A DNA stretch of 64,000 nucleotides. Origin: Syntrophales bacterium (lineage in GTDB: Bacteria; Desulfobacterota; Syntrophia; Syntrophales; PHBD01). The stretch covers positions 1,088,001 to 1,152,000 of the forward strand of contig OY764159.1 of the NCBI GenBank assembly GCA_963668175.1, in the 5' to 3' direction. The notes under the pieces are model-generated. The model was not told the origin of the DNA. It made no database searches and saw only the letters and a list, made by a program, of their open reading frames with translations. Shown here in pieces: positions 19,593-30,255 of this stretch; positions within the stretch are counted from its first letter, which is position 1; every line of letters begins with the position of its first letter. The position numbers and the translations under genes were made by a program.

Positions 19593-21845
19593 TCAGAACC
19601 CCGTCCATAGGGCCAGATGATAGACCGTAAGGCCCATGACGAAGGAAACGACCAGCATCAAGACGATGGAGGCCGCAAACCAGAGGCGGTCGGCCATCTC
19701 CTGCTTCATCGCAGTCAGTGTCGCCGCGCAGGGTACGAAGATCATCATGACCACGAGGAAGGAAAGCGCCGAAGCGTGGCTGATGGCATGGGGCAGGACC
19801 TTGACCAGACCTTCCTGACCCGTTCCGTAAAGCACGCCCAGGGTTGCCACGGCATTCTCCTTGGCGACAATGCTTGTCATCAGGGCGGTAATCATCTTCC
19901 AATCCAGTCCAAGGGGGCTGCCGATAGGTTCCAGGAGGCGTCCCGCCTGGGCCAGGATGCTGTCTTCGATGGCCCCTCCGGGCAGATGGGCGAGGAGCCA
20001 GATCACGACCGACACGCCCAGGATGACTGTGCCCGCCCTTTTCACAAAGGCGATCGTTCTTGCCCAGACGACGAGGCCGATCGTTCGGTAATTGGGCTTC
20101 TGGTAGAGCGGCAGTTCCATGATGAAGGGCATGGGTTCCCCTTTCAGGAAAACCCTGCTGACGATGACGCCGGTGATGCCGAGAAGCAGGATGTTGGCCG
20201 TAAGCAAGCCCCACGATACGTACATCGCGAGGTTCCCGAAAATAGCGGCGGTGATGAAGGCCAGGACGGCCAGCCTGGCTGTGCAGGGGATGAAGGGGGA
20301 AAGGAAGATCGTGAGCAACTTCTCTTTCTTCGATTCGACGATCCGGGCTCCCAGGATGGAGGGCACATTGCATCCGAACCCGAGGCACATGGGGATGAAG
20401 CTTTTGCCGTGAAGTCCGATGAGGTGCATGAAGCGGTCCATGACGAAGGCCGCCCGCGCCATGTAGCCCACATCTTCCAGAACAGCCATGAAAGCGAAGA
20501 AGATGAGGAGGATGGGGATAAAAGTGAGGACCGAACCGGCCCCGCCGATAACGCCGTTGATCAAGAGTCCCCTGAACCAGGCCGGCATGGAGCCCATGAC
20601 GGTCGTAAGCCCTTCGGCCAGGACGCTCACCGCCCACTCCAGGCCTTTCTGAAGGGGAAATCCGATCTTGTACGTGGCGGCGAAGACGAGTCCGAAGACG
20701 CCGAACAGAACGGGGATACCCAGTATCGGCCTTGTCAGGATATGATCGATCCGGTCCGTCATAACGACTTCGCCCATTTTGAAACGGGAAACGGAAGCCC
20801 TCGTGATGGCCTCGATCCAGTCGTAGCGCCCGCCGACGACGGCATGCAGGGCGTCTTCGTGTTTGATCAGGATGTCCCTGACCTCCCGCCAGACATCGAC
20901 AGGCACTAAGCCCTCGATAATCGAGGATATTTCCGGGTCTCCCTCCATGAGCTTCGTCGCCAGCCAGCGCGCCGTGCCGGGCAGTTGGAGGTGAGGTTTG
21001 ATCAACGTCATCAGGTCCTCAAAGACGCCGCTGTGGTCCTTGGAAATATCCGGAAGATTCGGGTAATAGTCTTCCTCTCCTTTGTCCAGAGCGATGATCC
21101 GCGCCACAAGCTCGCGAACGCCCCGGTTCTTGGTGGCGACCATGGGAACGACGGGAATGCCGAGGGATTTTTCGAGGGCCTTGGCGTCCACATGGATGCC
21201 CTGGGCCTCGGCGACATCGAGCATGTTAAGGGCGACTATGACGGGCGGTCCGAGCAGGAGCATTTCCGCCAGCAGGTAGAGACTTCTTTCCAGGGCCGCG
21301 GCATTGACCAGAAGAACGATGACGTCGGGATTGGCAGTGGCGATGAAATCCCTCGTGATCCGCTCCTCTTCCGAAAAAGAGGTCAGGCTGTACGTTCCGG
21401 GGAGATCGGTGATCCTCATCTCGGTCCCGTTGGACAGGTGGTGGCCCTCTTTCTTCTCCACGGTCTTCCCCGGCCAGTTGCCGACATGCTGGGAAAGGCC
21501 CGTCAGGATGTTAAAAATGGTGGACTTGCCGACGTTGGGCTGACCGGTGAGGGCGACGTATATTATCCTTCCGGCCGGCGGTTCTTCGGGCAGGCACTCC
21601 GGATGGGGTTGGAGGCGCTGCACGATGATCTTGGCGGCTTCTCCGGCCCCCAGGGCGAATCGGGTCTCGCCGCTTTGGAGAATGATCGGTCCGCTGCCCG
21701 CCTTTCGGGCGATCTTGACCCTGGTGCCGTGGGCCACTCCCATAGCGGCCAGTTTGGTGATAAGGGCCTTGCCGGCCGATATATAAAGGACGATTCCTTC
21801 TTCCTGCTCCGAAAGCAAATCGAGAGACAGAGGTTCTTCAGTCAT
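19593..21845 (-). CDS. feoB: Ferrous iron transporter, FeoA-FeoB fusion
   Basis: N-terminal FeoA-like domain, G1 GQPNVGKS, VGNWPGKT, DLPGTYS, GFGCNVP, PCTAR. Confidence 0.95.
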   Translation of the reverse strand: MTEEPLSLDLLSEQEEGIVLYISAGKALITKLAAMGVAHGTRVKIARKAGSGPIILQSGETRFALGAGEAAKIIVQRLQPHPECLPEEPPAGRIIYVALTGQPNVGKSTIFNILTGLSQHVGNWPGKTVEKKEGHHLSNGTEMRITDLPGTYSLTSFSEEERITRDFIATANPDVIVLLVNAAALERSLYLLAEMLLLGPPVIVALNMLDVAEAQGIHVDAKALEKSLGIPVVPMVATKNRGVRELVARIIALDKGEEDYYPNLPDISKDHSGVFEDLMTLIKPHLQLPGTARWLATKLMEGDPEISSIIEGLVPVDVWREVRDILIKHEDALHAVVGGRYDWIEAITRASVSRFKMGEVVMTDRIDHILTRPILGIPVLFGVFGLVFAATYKIGFPLQKGLEWAVSVLAEGLTTVMGSMPAWFRGLLINGVIGGAGSVLTFIPILLIFFAFMAVLEDVGYMARAAFVMDRFMHLIGLHGKSFIPMCLGFGCNVPSILGARIVESKKEKLLTIFLSPFIPCTARLAVLAFITAAIFGNLAMYVSWGLLTANILLLGITGVIVSRVFLKGEPMPFIMELPLYQKPNYRTIGLVVWARTIAFVKRAGTVILGVSVVIWLLAHLPGGAIEDSILAQAGRLLEPIGSPLGLDWKMITALMTSIVAKENAVATLGVLYGTGQEGLVKVLPHAISHASALSFLVVMMIFVPCAATLTAMKQEMADRLWFAASIVLMLVVSFVMGLTVYHLALWTGF

Positions 21846-21934
21846 TCATTTTCCTTGACGGTTCCAACGAATCAAAGCTATGGACGGCATCCGGTCAGGA
21901 CGGTCCGGATACCGATTCGTTATCCCGAGGTTAT

Positions 21935-21984
21935 TATTTTGGAATCCATATTACAAAATATATGGATTGTTGGGCCCGCGTCAA
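21935..21984 (-). promoter_or_regulatory. feoAB promoter with overlapping palindromic operator
   Basis: Minus-strand TTGACG at 21984-21979; 26-bp imperfect palindrome TATTTTGGAATCCATATTACAAAATA at 21935-21960 covers the -10 region. Confidence 0.55.
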
Positions 21985-22224
21985 GGACAATATAGCAGGA
22001 CACGGAGGTATGCGCTCGCCGTTGAAATTCGCGGCAGCCGAACGGCCGTGAGGCCGGAAAAGCGAAACGCGCCGTCAGGACAACGAAATACGAAAGGCAG
22101 CGTAAAGATGAAAAAAATAATGGAAACAGTCTTTACTAATGCCCGACACTTTGGTAACATCCGCCTACTTTGTCGGGCTGTCGGCCGGCAGTACGATATC
22201 GAAACATTTTTTAAGGAATGACCT

Positions 22225-23835
22225 ATGCTGGCATTGATGAGAAAACATGCGAAAAACTGGTTCATCAAGATCCTCCTTTTCATGATCATTATCGTTTTCG
22301 TGGCCTATTTCGGCTCCACTAAGACGGACAGGGATACGGCCATTGCCGCGATCGACGGCAAGATCATTACCCGGGGGGAATTTTATAAAGAATATCAAAA
22401 TATAACGGATATGTACCGGAACCGGCTGGGTGGACGGCTGGACGAAAAGGCGGTCAAGGATTTGAATCTCAAGCAGCTGGCCTTCGATAATCTGATCCAG
22501 CAGGCCATCATTCAAAGGAAAGCCGACGAGCTTCACTTGACCGTGACCGATGACGAGGTAAAGGCCGTCATCATGTCCAATCCGGCCTTCAGGATAAACG
22601 GCGTCTTCGACGAGCGCGCCTATCAGCAGATGCTGCGCGCCAATAAGCTTACCGTGGAAGAATTCGAGGCCCAGCAGAGGAGATTGATCCTCGCAATGAA
22701 ACTGGAGACACTGATTCAGGGCGGCGTCAAGGTTTCGGATCAGGAGGTTTTAGACCTCTACCGCTTCCAGAATGAAAAGATCAATATCGCCTTTGCGAAG
22801 ATATCCGCCGCCGACTTTCTTAAGAAGGTATCCGCCACCGCGTCCGATCTGGAAGCCTATCTCAAGGAGCACGGCGACGAATTCCGCGTGCCGGACCAGA
22901 TCCGCGTGAACTATATTGTGTTTTCAGGTGATTCCTATGCCTCGGCTGTGAAAGTTGCCGATGCGGATATCGTCGATTACTACGACCGTAACAAGGACAA
23001 GTATGCGTCCAAGACGAAAGACGGCAAGAAGACGGTCCCGCCCCTTGCAGATGTCCGAGACAAGATCGTCGATGAATTGAAAAAAGTGAACGGCATGTAT
23101 GCCGCCTACAATGATGCCAAGAAGGCCCACGACACGATTTACCAGGAAGAGAAGATGGACGCTTATGCCGTACAGCATAAGCTTTCGATCAAAACGACCG
23201 GCTTTTTCACCGCAGCCCAGATTCCGGCCGAGTTCAAGTCGTTGAAGGACTTCTCCCAGGCTGTATTCGGCCTGCAGAAGGACGAAATCAGCAGCGTCCT
23301 CTCCGACGAAAAGGCCTACTACGTCTTCAAGGTTGCCGAGAAAAAATCCGCCTACGTACCTGTCCTCCAGGATATCCGGAAGGACGTCGAAAGGCGGTAC
23401 GCCGATGCCGAGGCCCGCCGTCTTGCCTCGAAGGAAGCCGAGGCCGCCGTCGCCGCCATGAAGAAAGGGGATAGCCTGAGCAAGATTGCCCAGGAAAAAG
23501 GGCTGAGAACCGAGGAAACGGGCCTTTTCCTTCCCGGGGGCGACATACCGAAGCTGGGCAAATCGGATGAGCTTACCGAAGCCCTCTATCAGCTTTCCGC
23601 CAAAAGACCTTATGCGGATACGCCTTTCTATGTGGGCGGCAGCTATGTCCTGATCCAGTTCAAGGAGAAGGGAAACCTGGATAATGCCGACTTTGCAGGC
23701 AAGAAGGACAACCTGAAGGTGCTGCTCCTGCGGGTCAAGATGAATGAGACCATGCAGTCCTGGTTTGAAACGACCAAGGCGGTCATGGTGAAGGAAGGGC
23801 GGCTGTCCATTAAAAAGGAAGCCAAAGAGTTGTAA
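22225..23835 (+). CDS. PpiD/SurA-N-terminal-domain membrane-anchored chaperone
   Basis: N-terminal anchor, 'VTDDEV...PAF...GVFD...Y' pattern of PpiD. Confidence 0.85.
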   Translation: MLALMRKHAKNWFIKILLFMIIIVFVAYFGSTKTDRDTAIAAIDGKIITRGEFYKEYQNITDMYRNRLGGRLDEKAVKDLNLKQLAFDNLIQQAIIQRKADELHLTVTDDEVKAVIMSNPAFRINGVFDERAYQQMLRANKLTVEEFEAQQRRLILAMKLETLIQGGVKVSDQEVLDLYRFQNEKINIAFAKISAADFLKKVSATASDLEAYLKEHGDEFRVPDQIRVNYIVFSGDSYASAVKVADADIVDYYDRNKDKYASKTKDGKKTVPPLADVRDKIVDELKKVNGMYAAYNDAKKAHDTIYQEEKMDAYAVQHKLSIKTTGFFTAAQIPAEFKSLKDFSQAVFGLQKDEISSVLSDEKAYYVFKVAEKKSAYVPVLQDIRKDVERRYADAEARRLASKEAEAAVAAMKKGDSLSKIAQEKGLRTEETGLFLPGGDIPKLGKSDELTEALYQLSAKRPYADTPFYVGGSYVLIQFKEKGNLDNADFAGKKDNLKVLLLRVKMNETMQSWFETTKAVMVKEGRLSIKKEAKEL

Positions 23836-23934
23836 GCTGTTTTATCGCTTAAGGAATACGGGCCCGGCAGGGACCCCGGCGAAGGGGTTTCTCCGGGTCT
23901 TTTTTATTGCGGCACAGGAGATATCCGGACCGGA

Positions 23935-24378
23935 TTACGGTCTTAAGAGCTTGAATCCCGAAGCCGTCTCCAGCAGGCGGACTGAGGTGCTGTCGAGGAG
24001 TTCGATCAGGACGATCTCCATGACGTGCCAGACCCTGACGCCGGAACGAATGCAGCCCGTGGTCGTCGCCGCGTCCCGGCCGCAGGCCATGTGCATATGC
24101 AGGACGGGATTGCCTTCGTCGTCGGGGAATATCGTTCCGACACCGGCCACTTCGTGGACGTTTTCCAGGATGCGGTTCATGGGCACGATGGGCGTCGACC
24201 TGCCTTCTTCAGGGCCGACGATGACCCTGCTTCCCGTGTCCGCCCCTCCGAGAACCGTCAGGGCAGCCGCCTTTATACCATGCTGCCTCGCGAACGCTTC
24301 GACGACTTCATGGACGATCTCACCGTCCTCCAGCCTGATGACGAAGACGCGTCCCTGTCTGGCCTCTGAATATTTCAT
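23935..24378 (-). CDS. PPC-domain (DUF296) protein
   Basis: RLEDGE, GVGTI, HMHMACG, MEIV. Confidence 0.85.
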   Translation of the reverse strand: MKYSEARQGRVFVIRLEDGEIVHEVVEAFARQHGIKAAALTVLGGADTGSRVIVGPEEGRSTPIVPMNRILENVHEVAGVGTIFPDDEGNPVLHMHMACGRDAATTTGCIRSGVRVWHVMEIVLIELLDSTSVRLLETASGFKLLRP

Positions 24379-24389
24379 GGGAGTTCCTT

Positions 24390-25847
24390 TTAAGGATTCC
24401 GGCCATCGGCGAGGGCGACGGCCTTGTCGATTCTGCTCAAGAGGGAGGATTTGGACAGAATGGCCACAACCCGGTCCAATTCCGGTCCCTTCGTCCTGCC
24501 CGTGATTGCCGCCCGGATCGGCATGAAAAGCTTCCTGCCTTTGAGTCCCGTCGTCGTTCCGACTGCCTCCGTGAGCTTTCGGTAGTCGATGGCGTCGCCG
24601 CTTTCCGAGAGAACGTCGCGCAGGGCCCGGAGGACTTTCCGGGAATCCTCTTCTTTGACGATGGCGATACTCTCCGCGGACAAATCGTAGCAGTCATCGA
24701 TGAATATCCCGAGACAATCGCCGATATCCGCCAGGGTGACCAGATTGTCCTTGACGGCTTCGACGATCTGCACGAGCTGCTCCCGGTCCAGGCGGCCGAC
24801 ATCGTATCCGGCCCCGCCGATAAAGGGCAACAGGCGGTCGGTAAGCGACGAAGAGGCCTCTTTGCGGATATAGATACCGCTCAGCCAGCGGAGCTTGTCT
24901 TCGTCGAAGATGGCCCCGCTCTTGCCCGCGCGGTCGAGGGAGAAGGAGCGGACAAGCTCGTCGGCGCTGCAGACTTCCCTGCCCTCGCCGATCGATCCTC
25001 CCAACTGGGCAAGGTAGTTGATCATGACTTCGGGCAGATAACCTTTGTTCCTGAATTCCCGGACGGAGACGGAGCCGTGACGTTTGCTCAGCTTGGCCCT
25101 GTCTTTGCCCAGAATCAGGGCGTGATGGGCAAACCGGGGCGGGTTGAAACCGAGGACACGGTAGAGGAGGAGCTGCATGGCCGTATTGGACAGATGGTCC
25201 TCCCCCCGGATGACGTGGGTGATGTCCATGAGGTGGTCGTCGACGACCACGGCGAAGTTGTATGCGGGAATGCCGCTGGACCGGACAATAATGAAATCGC
25301 CGATGGCCTCGGCGTCGAACCTGACGCTGCCGCGAATCAGGTCGTCGAACGCAATCGTTCCGGACCCGGCCTGGAAGCGCCACGCAGGCTTTCTTCCCTC
25401 GGCCTCCAGCTTCCTTCTGGCTTCGTCGGTGAGCCTCCGACATCGTCCCATATAGCGGGGGGCCATGTGCCGGGAGAGGAGGGACTTGCGCTCGGCCTCC
25501 AATTCCTCTTCCGTGCAGTAACAGGGGTAAGCAAGGCCGCTGGCGACGATCCTGCCGAGATGCTCCTTATAAAGGTCGAGCCGTTCGCTCTGGTGATACG
25601 GTCCGCAGGGGCCTCCTGCTTCGGGGCCTTCGTCCCAGTCGATGGAGAGCCATTTCAGGTCCTCAAGGAGGTTGTTCTCAAAGGCCTTGGTCGTGCGCTC
25701 CCGGTCGGTGTCCTCGATCCGGAGGATGAATTTCCCGCCGTGATGCTTCGCAAAGAGCCAATTGAATAAGGCAGTCCTGGCGTTGCCGACGTGCAGTTCC
25801 CCCGTCGGCGAAGGGGCGAAGCGGACTCTGGGGTACGGGGCGGTCAT
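24390..25847 (-). CDS. gltX: Glutamyl-tRNA synthetase
   Basis: RFAPSPTG, HVGN, LRIEDTD, RGEDH, KLSKR. Confidence 0.97.
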   Translation of the reverse strand: MTAPYPRVRFAPSPTGELHVGNARTALFNWLFAKHHGGKFILRIEDTDRERTTKAFENNLLEDLKWLSIDWDEGPEAGGPCGPYHQSERLDLYKEHLGRIVASGLAYPCYCTEEELEAERKSLLSRHMAPRYMGRCRRLTDEARRKLEAEGRKPAWRFQAGSGTIAFDDLIRGSVRFDAEAIGDFIIVRSSGIPAYNFAVVVDDHLMDITHVIRGEDHLSNTAMQLLLYRVLGFNPPRFAHHALILGKDRAKLSKRHGSVSVREFRNKGYLPEVMINYLAQLGGSIGEGREVCSADELVRSFSLDRAGKSGAIFDEDKLRWLSGIYIRKEASSSLTDRLLPFIGGAGYDVGRLDREQLVQIVEAVKDNLVTLADIGDCLGIFIDDCYDLSAESIAIVKEEDSRKVLRALRDVLSESGDAIDYRKLTEAVGTTTGLKGRKLFMPIRAAITGRTKGPELDRVVAILSKSSLLSRIDKAVALADGRNP

Positions 25848-26323
25848 CGGTCGCTTCCCTTCACGGTAACGACGGCCAGGGCGGCCACGCCCTCGCCTTT
25901 ACCCGTAAAACCCATGCCTTCGTTCGTTTTGGCCTTGATATTGATCCGATCTTCCGGAAGGCCGACAACCCAGGAGATATTGGCGACCATGGCAGCGATA
26001 TGCGGAAGAAGTTTGGGCTTCTCCATAATGACGGTGGCGTCGATGTTGTTCAACCGGAATCCTTTCTCCGCAGCCAGGGCTTTGACGGCCTCGAGCAGTT
26101 TGAGGCTGTCGATACCCTTGTAGCGGGGGTCCGTATCGGGAAAATGGCGGCCGATGTCTCCGGCTCCGATTGCGCCTAGGATGGCATCACAGACGGCGTG
26201 CAGAAGGACATCCGCATCCGAGTGGCCCAGAAGTCCCTTTTCATGAGGGATATCCACGCCCCCGATTATCAGGCGGCGCCCCTCCGTAAGTCTGTGGCTG
26301 TCGTAACCGATACCGGTTCTCAT
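25844..26323 (-). CDS. ispF: MEcPP synthase
   Basis: GYDSH, HSDADV, GDIGRHFP. Confidence 0.97.
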   Translation of the reverse strand: MRTGIGYDSHRLTEGRRLIIGGVDIPHEKGLLGHSDADVLLHAVCDAILGAIGAGDIGRHFPDTDPRYKGIDSLKLLEAVKALAAEKGFRLNNIDATVIMEKPKLLPHIAAMVANISWVVGLPEDRINIKAKTNEGMGFTGKGEGVAALAVVTVKGSDR

Positions 26324-27021
26324 GTTCCATTCTCCCGGGTCATGATCTGTTCCGCCAGGGCCAGGTCTTCTTTGGTCGTTATCTTGATGTTGTCGTACGA
26401 ACCGGCCAACACCTTGACGGGCAGGCCGATTCTCTCGACGAGAGAGGCGTCGTCGGTCCCGTAATATCCGTCCGCAGCGGCCTGCCGGTGGGCCTTGACG
26501 ATGATTTCGGTCCGGAAAGCCTGCGGTGTCTGAATCGTCCAGATACTGTCGCGAGGCAGGGTACTTTGGACGAACCCTTCGGCCGATACGTTCTTCATGG
26601 TATCTTTGGCCGGACAGCCGACCGTGACGGCGCCGAAGGCTTCCGCATCCCGGACAGCGCGGGTGATCAGATCATCCATAATGAAGGGCCGGACGCCGTC
26701 ATGAATCAAGGTGATACCATACCCTTCTCCCGCCGCATCGAGTCCGTTTCTTACGGAATCCTGACGCTGGATCCCGCCGGAAACGACGGCCTTCACCTTC
26801 GTCAGACCGTATCGTTCGACGATCGCCTGTCTTACGGATGCGACATCTTCAGGGGGGACGACCAGGACAACGGCCGAAACCGCGCCGGATTCCTGAAACC
26901 GCTCCAGCGTATGGGCCAGGATGGGCTTGCCCGCGAGGAGGAGATACTGCTTGGACAGAGTCCCCCCCATTCTTTTTCCGGAGCCTCCGGCGGGTATGAC
27001 GGCGACGGCTTTTTCAGACAT
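26320..27021 (-). CDS. ispD: MEP cytidylyltransferase
   Basis: AGGSGKRM, RQDSV, HDGVRP, QTPQ, TDDAS, KITT. Start is 27021 or 27036. Confidence 0.96.
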   Translation of the reverse strand: MSEKAVAVIPAGGSGKRMGGTLSKQYLLLAGKPILAHTLERFQESGAVSAVVLVVPPEDVASVRQAIVERYGLTKVKAVVSGGIQRQDSVRNGLDAAGEGYGITLIHDGVRPFIMDDLITRAVRDAEAFGAVTVGCPAKDTMKNVSAEGFVQSTLPRDSIWTIQTPQAFRTEIIVKAHRQAAADGYYGTDDASLVERIGLPVKVLAGSYDNIKITTKEDLALAEQIMTRENGT

Positions 27022-27081
27022 TCGGCACCGATACATAAAAAAAGCCCAGGTCTTTTATTTCCCCGAGCTTTTTTCAGAAAT

Positions 27082-28113
27082 TTACGATTTTGCGTTCGTG
27101 GTCGGCGTGGGTTTCTTATCGGAGGCGACGGATTTCATCTCGGAGAAGATCATCCGGCCCGCCGTCGTCTGCAGTACGCTGGTGACGAGAGCTTCTACGG
27201 TTGCCCCTTGGTGCTTATGGGCGTTGTCCACGACGATCATGGTACCATCATCCAGGTAGGCTACGCCCTGGCCTGGCTCTTTGCCTTCCTTGATGATTTT
27301 GACGGTCATTACTTCACCGGGAAGAACGACCGGTTTGAGGGCGTTTGCCAACTCGTTAACGTTAAGAATTTTGATTCCTTGAAGTTCCGCTACTTTGTTC
27401 AGGTTGAAATCATTGGTGATAATCTTGCCATCCATCTTCTTTGCCAAAGCGATCAGTTTGGCATCGACATTTTTCACTTTGGGAAAATCCTGATCGACGA
27501 TCTCTATGTTGATGCCCTGGATTTTTTGCATCCGGTTTAAGATATCAAGGCCGCGCCTCCCCCGGGAACGCTTCATGGAGTCGGACGAATCGGCGATATA
27601 TTGCAATTCGTCAAGGACAAACCGGGGGACCATCATGCTGCCTTCGATGAATCCCGTCTCGCAGATATCGGCGATGCGCCCGTCGATGATCACGCTGGTA
27701 TCCAGAATCCTGTAATCACCGCTATCCTTGGCGGCGCGCATGCCGAAAATATTGAATTCCTCTATTTTTTTTGAACCTATAACCAAGCCAAGGTAGGCCA
27801 TGATGACGGACATCAGGGTATAGACCCATGGTACAACCTCTTGCTTTTCCTTGATATTGCCTACGAAGCTCAATCCATAGGCCAGGAGGAAGGCAATGAT
27901 AAGGCCGATGATCATTCCGACGACGCCGCCGAATATGACGCGGAAAGATACTTTCCTTATGGCCTGTTCAGCCTGAATAACGAAGAGGGCAATAAAAAAT
28001 CCGACAATTAATCCTAACCAGGAAAAAGGAATTCCAAAGTCAAAGTATGCAATAAAAAAACCGCTGATGGAGCATGCCACGACTAATAGAAATCTGATAA
28101 TCAATCTTTTCAC
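27082..28113 (-). CDS. PIN/TRAM-domain membrane protein (YacL-like)
   Basis: LDTSVIIDGRI, RGRRGLD, TNDFNLNKVA, QTTAGRMIF. Confidence 0.93.
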   Translation of the reverse strand: MKRLIIRFLLVVACSISGFFIAYFDFGIPFSWLGLIVGFFIALFVIQAEQAIRKVSFRVIFGGVVGMIIGLIIAFLLAYGLSFVGNIKEKQEVVPWVYTLMSVIMAYLGLVIGSKKIEEFNIFGMRAAKDSGDYRILDTSVIIDGRIADICETGFIEGSMMVPRFVLDELQYIADSSDSMKRSRGRRGLDILNRMQKIQGINIEIVDQDFPKVKNVDAKLIALAKKMDGKIITNDFNLNKVAELQGIKILNVNELANALKPVVLPGEVMTVKIIKEGKEPGQGVAYLDDGTMIVVDNAHKHQGATVEALVTSVLQTTAGRMIFSEMKSVASDKKPTPTTNAKS

Positions 28114-28309
28114 CTCCTCTCTTGTATGCTTTTATAACCCCTATGCTTATAAAGATATTATAGAAATAATAGAAATATGGAAAAAATATAATGATAGTTC
28201 AGGGGCCGTGCTTGTTTCAGAAATCGCTTTTGAAAGAAGGAGTGAGCAAGTTGTCAAAGAGCTTTTTATATTAAAATCATGGCCTTGATTACAACCACGA
28301 TGGTTTCTC

Positions 28310-28795
28310 TCACTGCATGGTGAAGATCATGTGGAGGTCGTTTTCGATCTTCGTCTCGTCCGAATTGGAAGCAACGGAAATTTCCTTGATGAGCAGACTT
28401 TTGGCCGTATCCATCATTTTTCGCTCGCCGAAAGAGAGGTTCTTGTCGCTCTTGAGGATAAACAAGTCCCTGAGGACCCGGGCGATTTCGTATACCGAAC
28501 CGGTCTTAATCTTTTCCAGGTATTCCCTGTATCTTTTGTTCCATGTCTGTTTATCGATAATGACATCCTTGTTCTTCAGGATGGCATAAACCTTGGGTAT
28601 CTCTTCCTTGGGAATAACTTCCCTGAGGCCTACGGAATCCGCGCTGTTTAGGGGGATCATGATTTTCATGCCGTTGCCCATGATTTTCATGATGTAAAAC
28701 AACTGTTTGTTCCCCATGATATCACGGTTTTCTATGGCCTCGATAACTCCCACACCCTGCGCCGGATAAACGGCTAAGTCGCCTACTTTGAACAT
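28310..28795 (-). CDS. carD: CarD-family transcriptional regulator
   Basis: FKVGDxAVYP, WNKRYR, LSFGERKM. Confidence 0.95.
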   Translation of the reverse strand: MFKVGDLAVYPAQGVGVIEAIENRDIMGNKQLFYIMKIMGNGMKIMIPLNSADSVGLREVIPKEEIPKVYAILKNKDVIIDKQTWNKRYREYLEKIKTGSVYEIARVLRDLFILKSDKNLSFGERKMMDTAKSLLIKEISVASNSDETKIENDLHMIFTMQ

Positions 28796-29166
28796 TTTTA
28801 CACCACCGATTTTATTCGATTAGAACTTGGCAGGTTATCACAAGTTTTGAATTTCGTCAATATATATTATGAGGTTCAAATCGCCCGCAGGATTTAGTGC
28901 CTTTCCGCTCGTCCTGATCGCGGAGAGAGCGGTGGAATCCTGTGATACCCCAGGGGCGGAACGACAGGACCGCGGAGTCAGGCGCTGTGGTCCGGAATGT
29001 CACCGGGCGGAATCGCCCTGGGTTAAAAAATCGCATTGACACCTTCGTTCCTGAACGGGATAATTCATATGACGGACCTGGTTCCGGATATCCGTCCTTA
29101 CGCATCCGACGGCGATATCCGCCGGCCGGCCGGTGCCGGAACGTCACGCATGAGACGGATAAGGCT

Positions 29167-29409
29167 ATGAAGACAACGTGCCCCGGGGCATCGGCTTTAC
29201 GGACACCGACACTCAAGCGAAAGCAATGTCCGGAATGCGGTGAATTCCTGGAAATATTTTCCGATGAAGTAAGTGTCGCCTGCGGGCGGTGCGGTTTCAC
29301 CGTTTTCGACAACGAGGCGTCCTGCTTCGAGTGGTGCAGGCACGCGGAAGCCTGCCTCGGCAAAGCCCTGTACAAACGGATGAAACGAAACCGGGAGCGC
29401 GGAAGTTAG
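29167..29409 (+). CDS. Small 8-Cys zinc-ribbon-like protein
   Basis: CPG...CPECG...CGRCG...SCFEWC...CLG in 80 aa; likely start ATG 29167. Confidence 0.75.
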   Translation: MKTTCPGASALRTPTLKRKQCPECGEFLEIFSDEVSVACGRCGFTVFDNEASCFEWCRHAEACLGKALYKRMKRNRERGS

Positions 29410-29876
29410 CGGGAGGCCTTGCGGTATCCTGCCTTAATGGCCTCTTCTTCAGAACGGAATTCGACCCTGTGATAGGCGTCCACCTGATCGTAATAGGCCA
29501 TTCCCGGCAGATGGTAGCGCTTGCTGTCGCTGTTGCCGATCACAGCGACCTTCGGTTGTTTTGAAGAGGGGGGTGAAGGCTTGGTCGTATTCTCCCGGGA
29601 AGCGGCCGGGGCGGATGCGTTTCCGTCCGGCGACGGGGTTCCATCTGTCTTCGGCGGCGGTGCGGCCGGCTGTGCCGTCGGGTTGGTCATCGTCGCCTGG
29701 GGTGCAGTCTGTGCTGTTTGGGGAGGAACGGCCTCCACAGCCCGGGGTTCCGAGCCCGGCTGCGGGCCGGACACTTGCTTGACGCCATAGACAAGCAGGC
29801 CGTCCAAGGCGGCGGCCAGGATAAATACGATCAAAAGCAGGAGTAATTTCAACGCAGCATGCATAGTCTCGTCCAT
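29406..29876 (-). CDS. Membrane-anchored Pro-rich protein with C-terminal Ada-like/'sunset'-type domain
   Basis: TM, Pro/Ala linker, IGNxxSKxYHLPG...FxSEEEAxxAGYR. Confidence 0.75.
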   Translation of the reverse strand: MDETMHAALKLLLLLIVFILAAALDGLLVYGVKQVSGPQPGSEPRAVEAVPPQTAQTAPQATMTNPTAQPAAPPPKTDGTPSPDGNASAPAASRENTTKPSPPSSKQPKVAVIGNSDSKRYHLPGMAYYDQVDAYHRVEFRSEEEAIKAGYRKASR

Positions 29877-30255
29877 CCCTGAGGGGCAGCGGGCAATCCG
29901 TTCCTGTCTTGTCGCCGGCTGGTTCTTCGAGCCCCCGGAGATTAAATGAATGAACCTACCATGTCAACGAAAATTACGGTTTTTCGAGGGTATCTTTCGC
30001 ACAGTAGAATCTTGAATTTCGAAATAGTGCGCAATCCAGGCAGCCGAAAACCTGCCGTGCAAGTCAGGCCTGCCGGCTTATGTAAACTCCGAAAAAGAAG
30101 AGTGCCGGTTCGGACTTCATAGTGAACGTTTATCATTTTGTTGCGAAGGAGCGTTCTGTCCGGCCCGGAAACGACATTGAGATTGACTTATCGTTGCTTT
30201 CATATAAACTGGCGTCATCGTTGTCCATCATGAAACCATACAGGGGAGGAATCCT

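Noticed and set aside
24390..28795. carD-PIN/TRAM-ispD-ispF-gltX as a novel toxin system
   Set aside because: Well-known conserved housekeeping arrangement with a YacL-type PIN/TRAM protein.
28918..28980. GCGGAGAGA...CAGGACCGCG, resembling a glycine riboswitch P1
   Set aside because: Lacks the CCGAAG and CTCAGG core; a simple local hairpin explains it.
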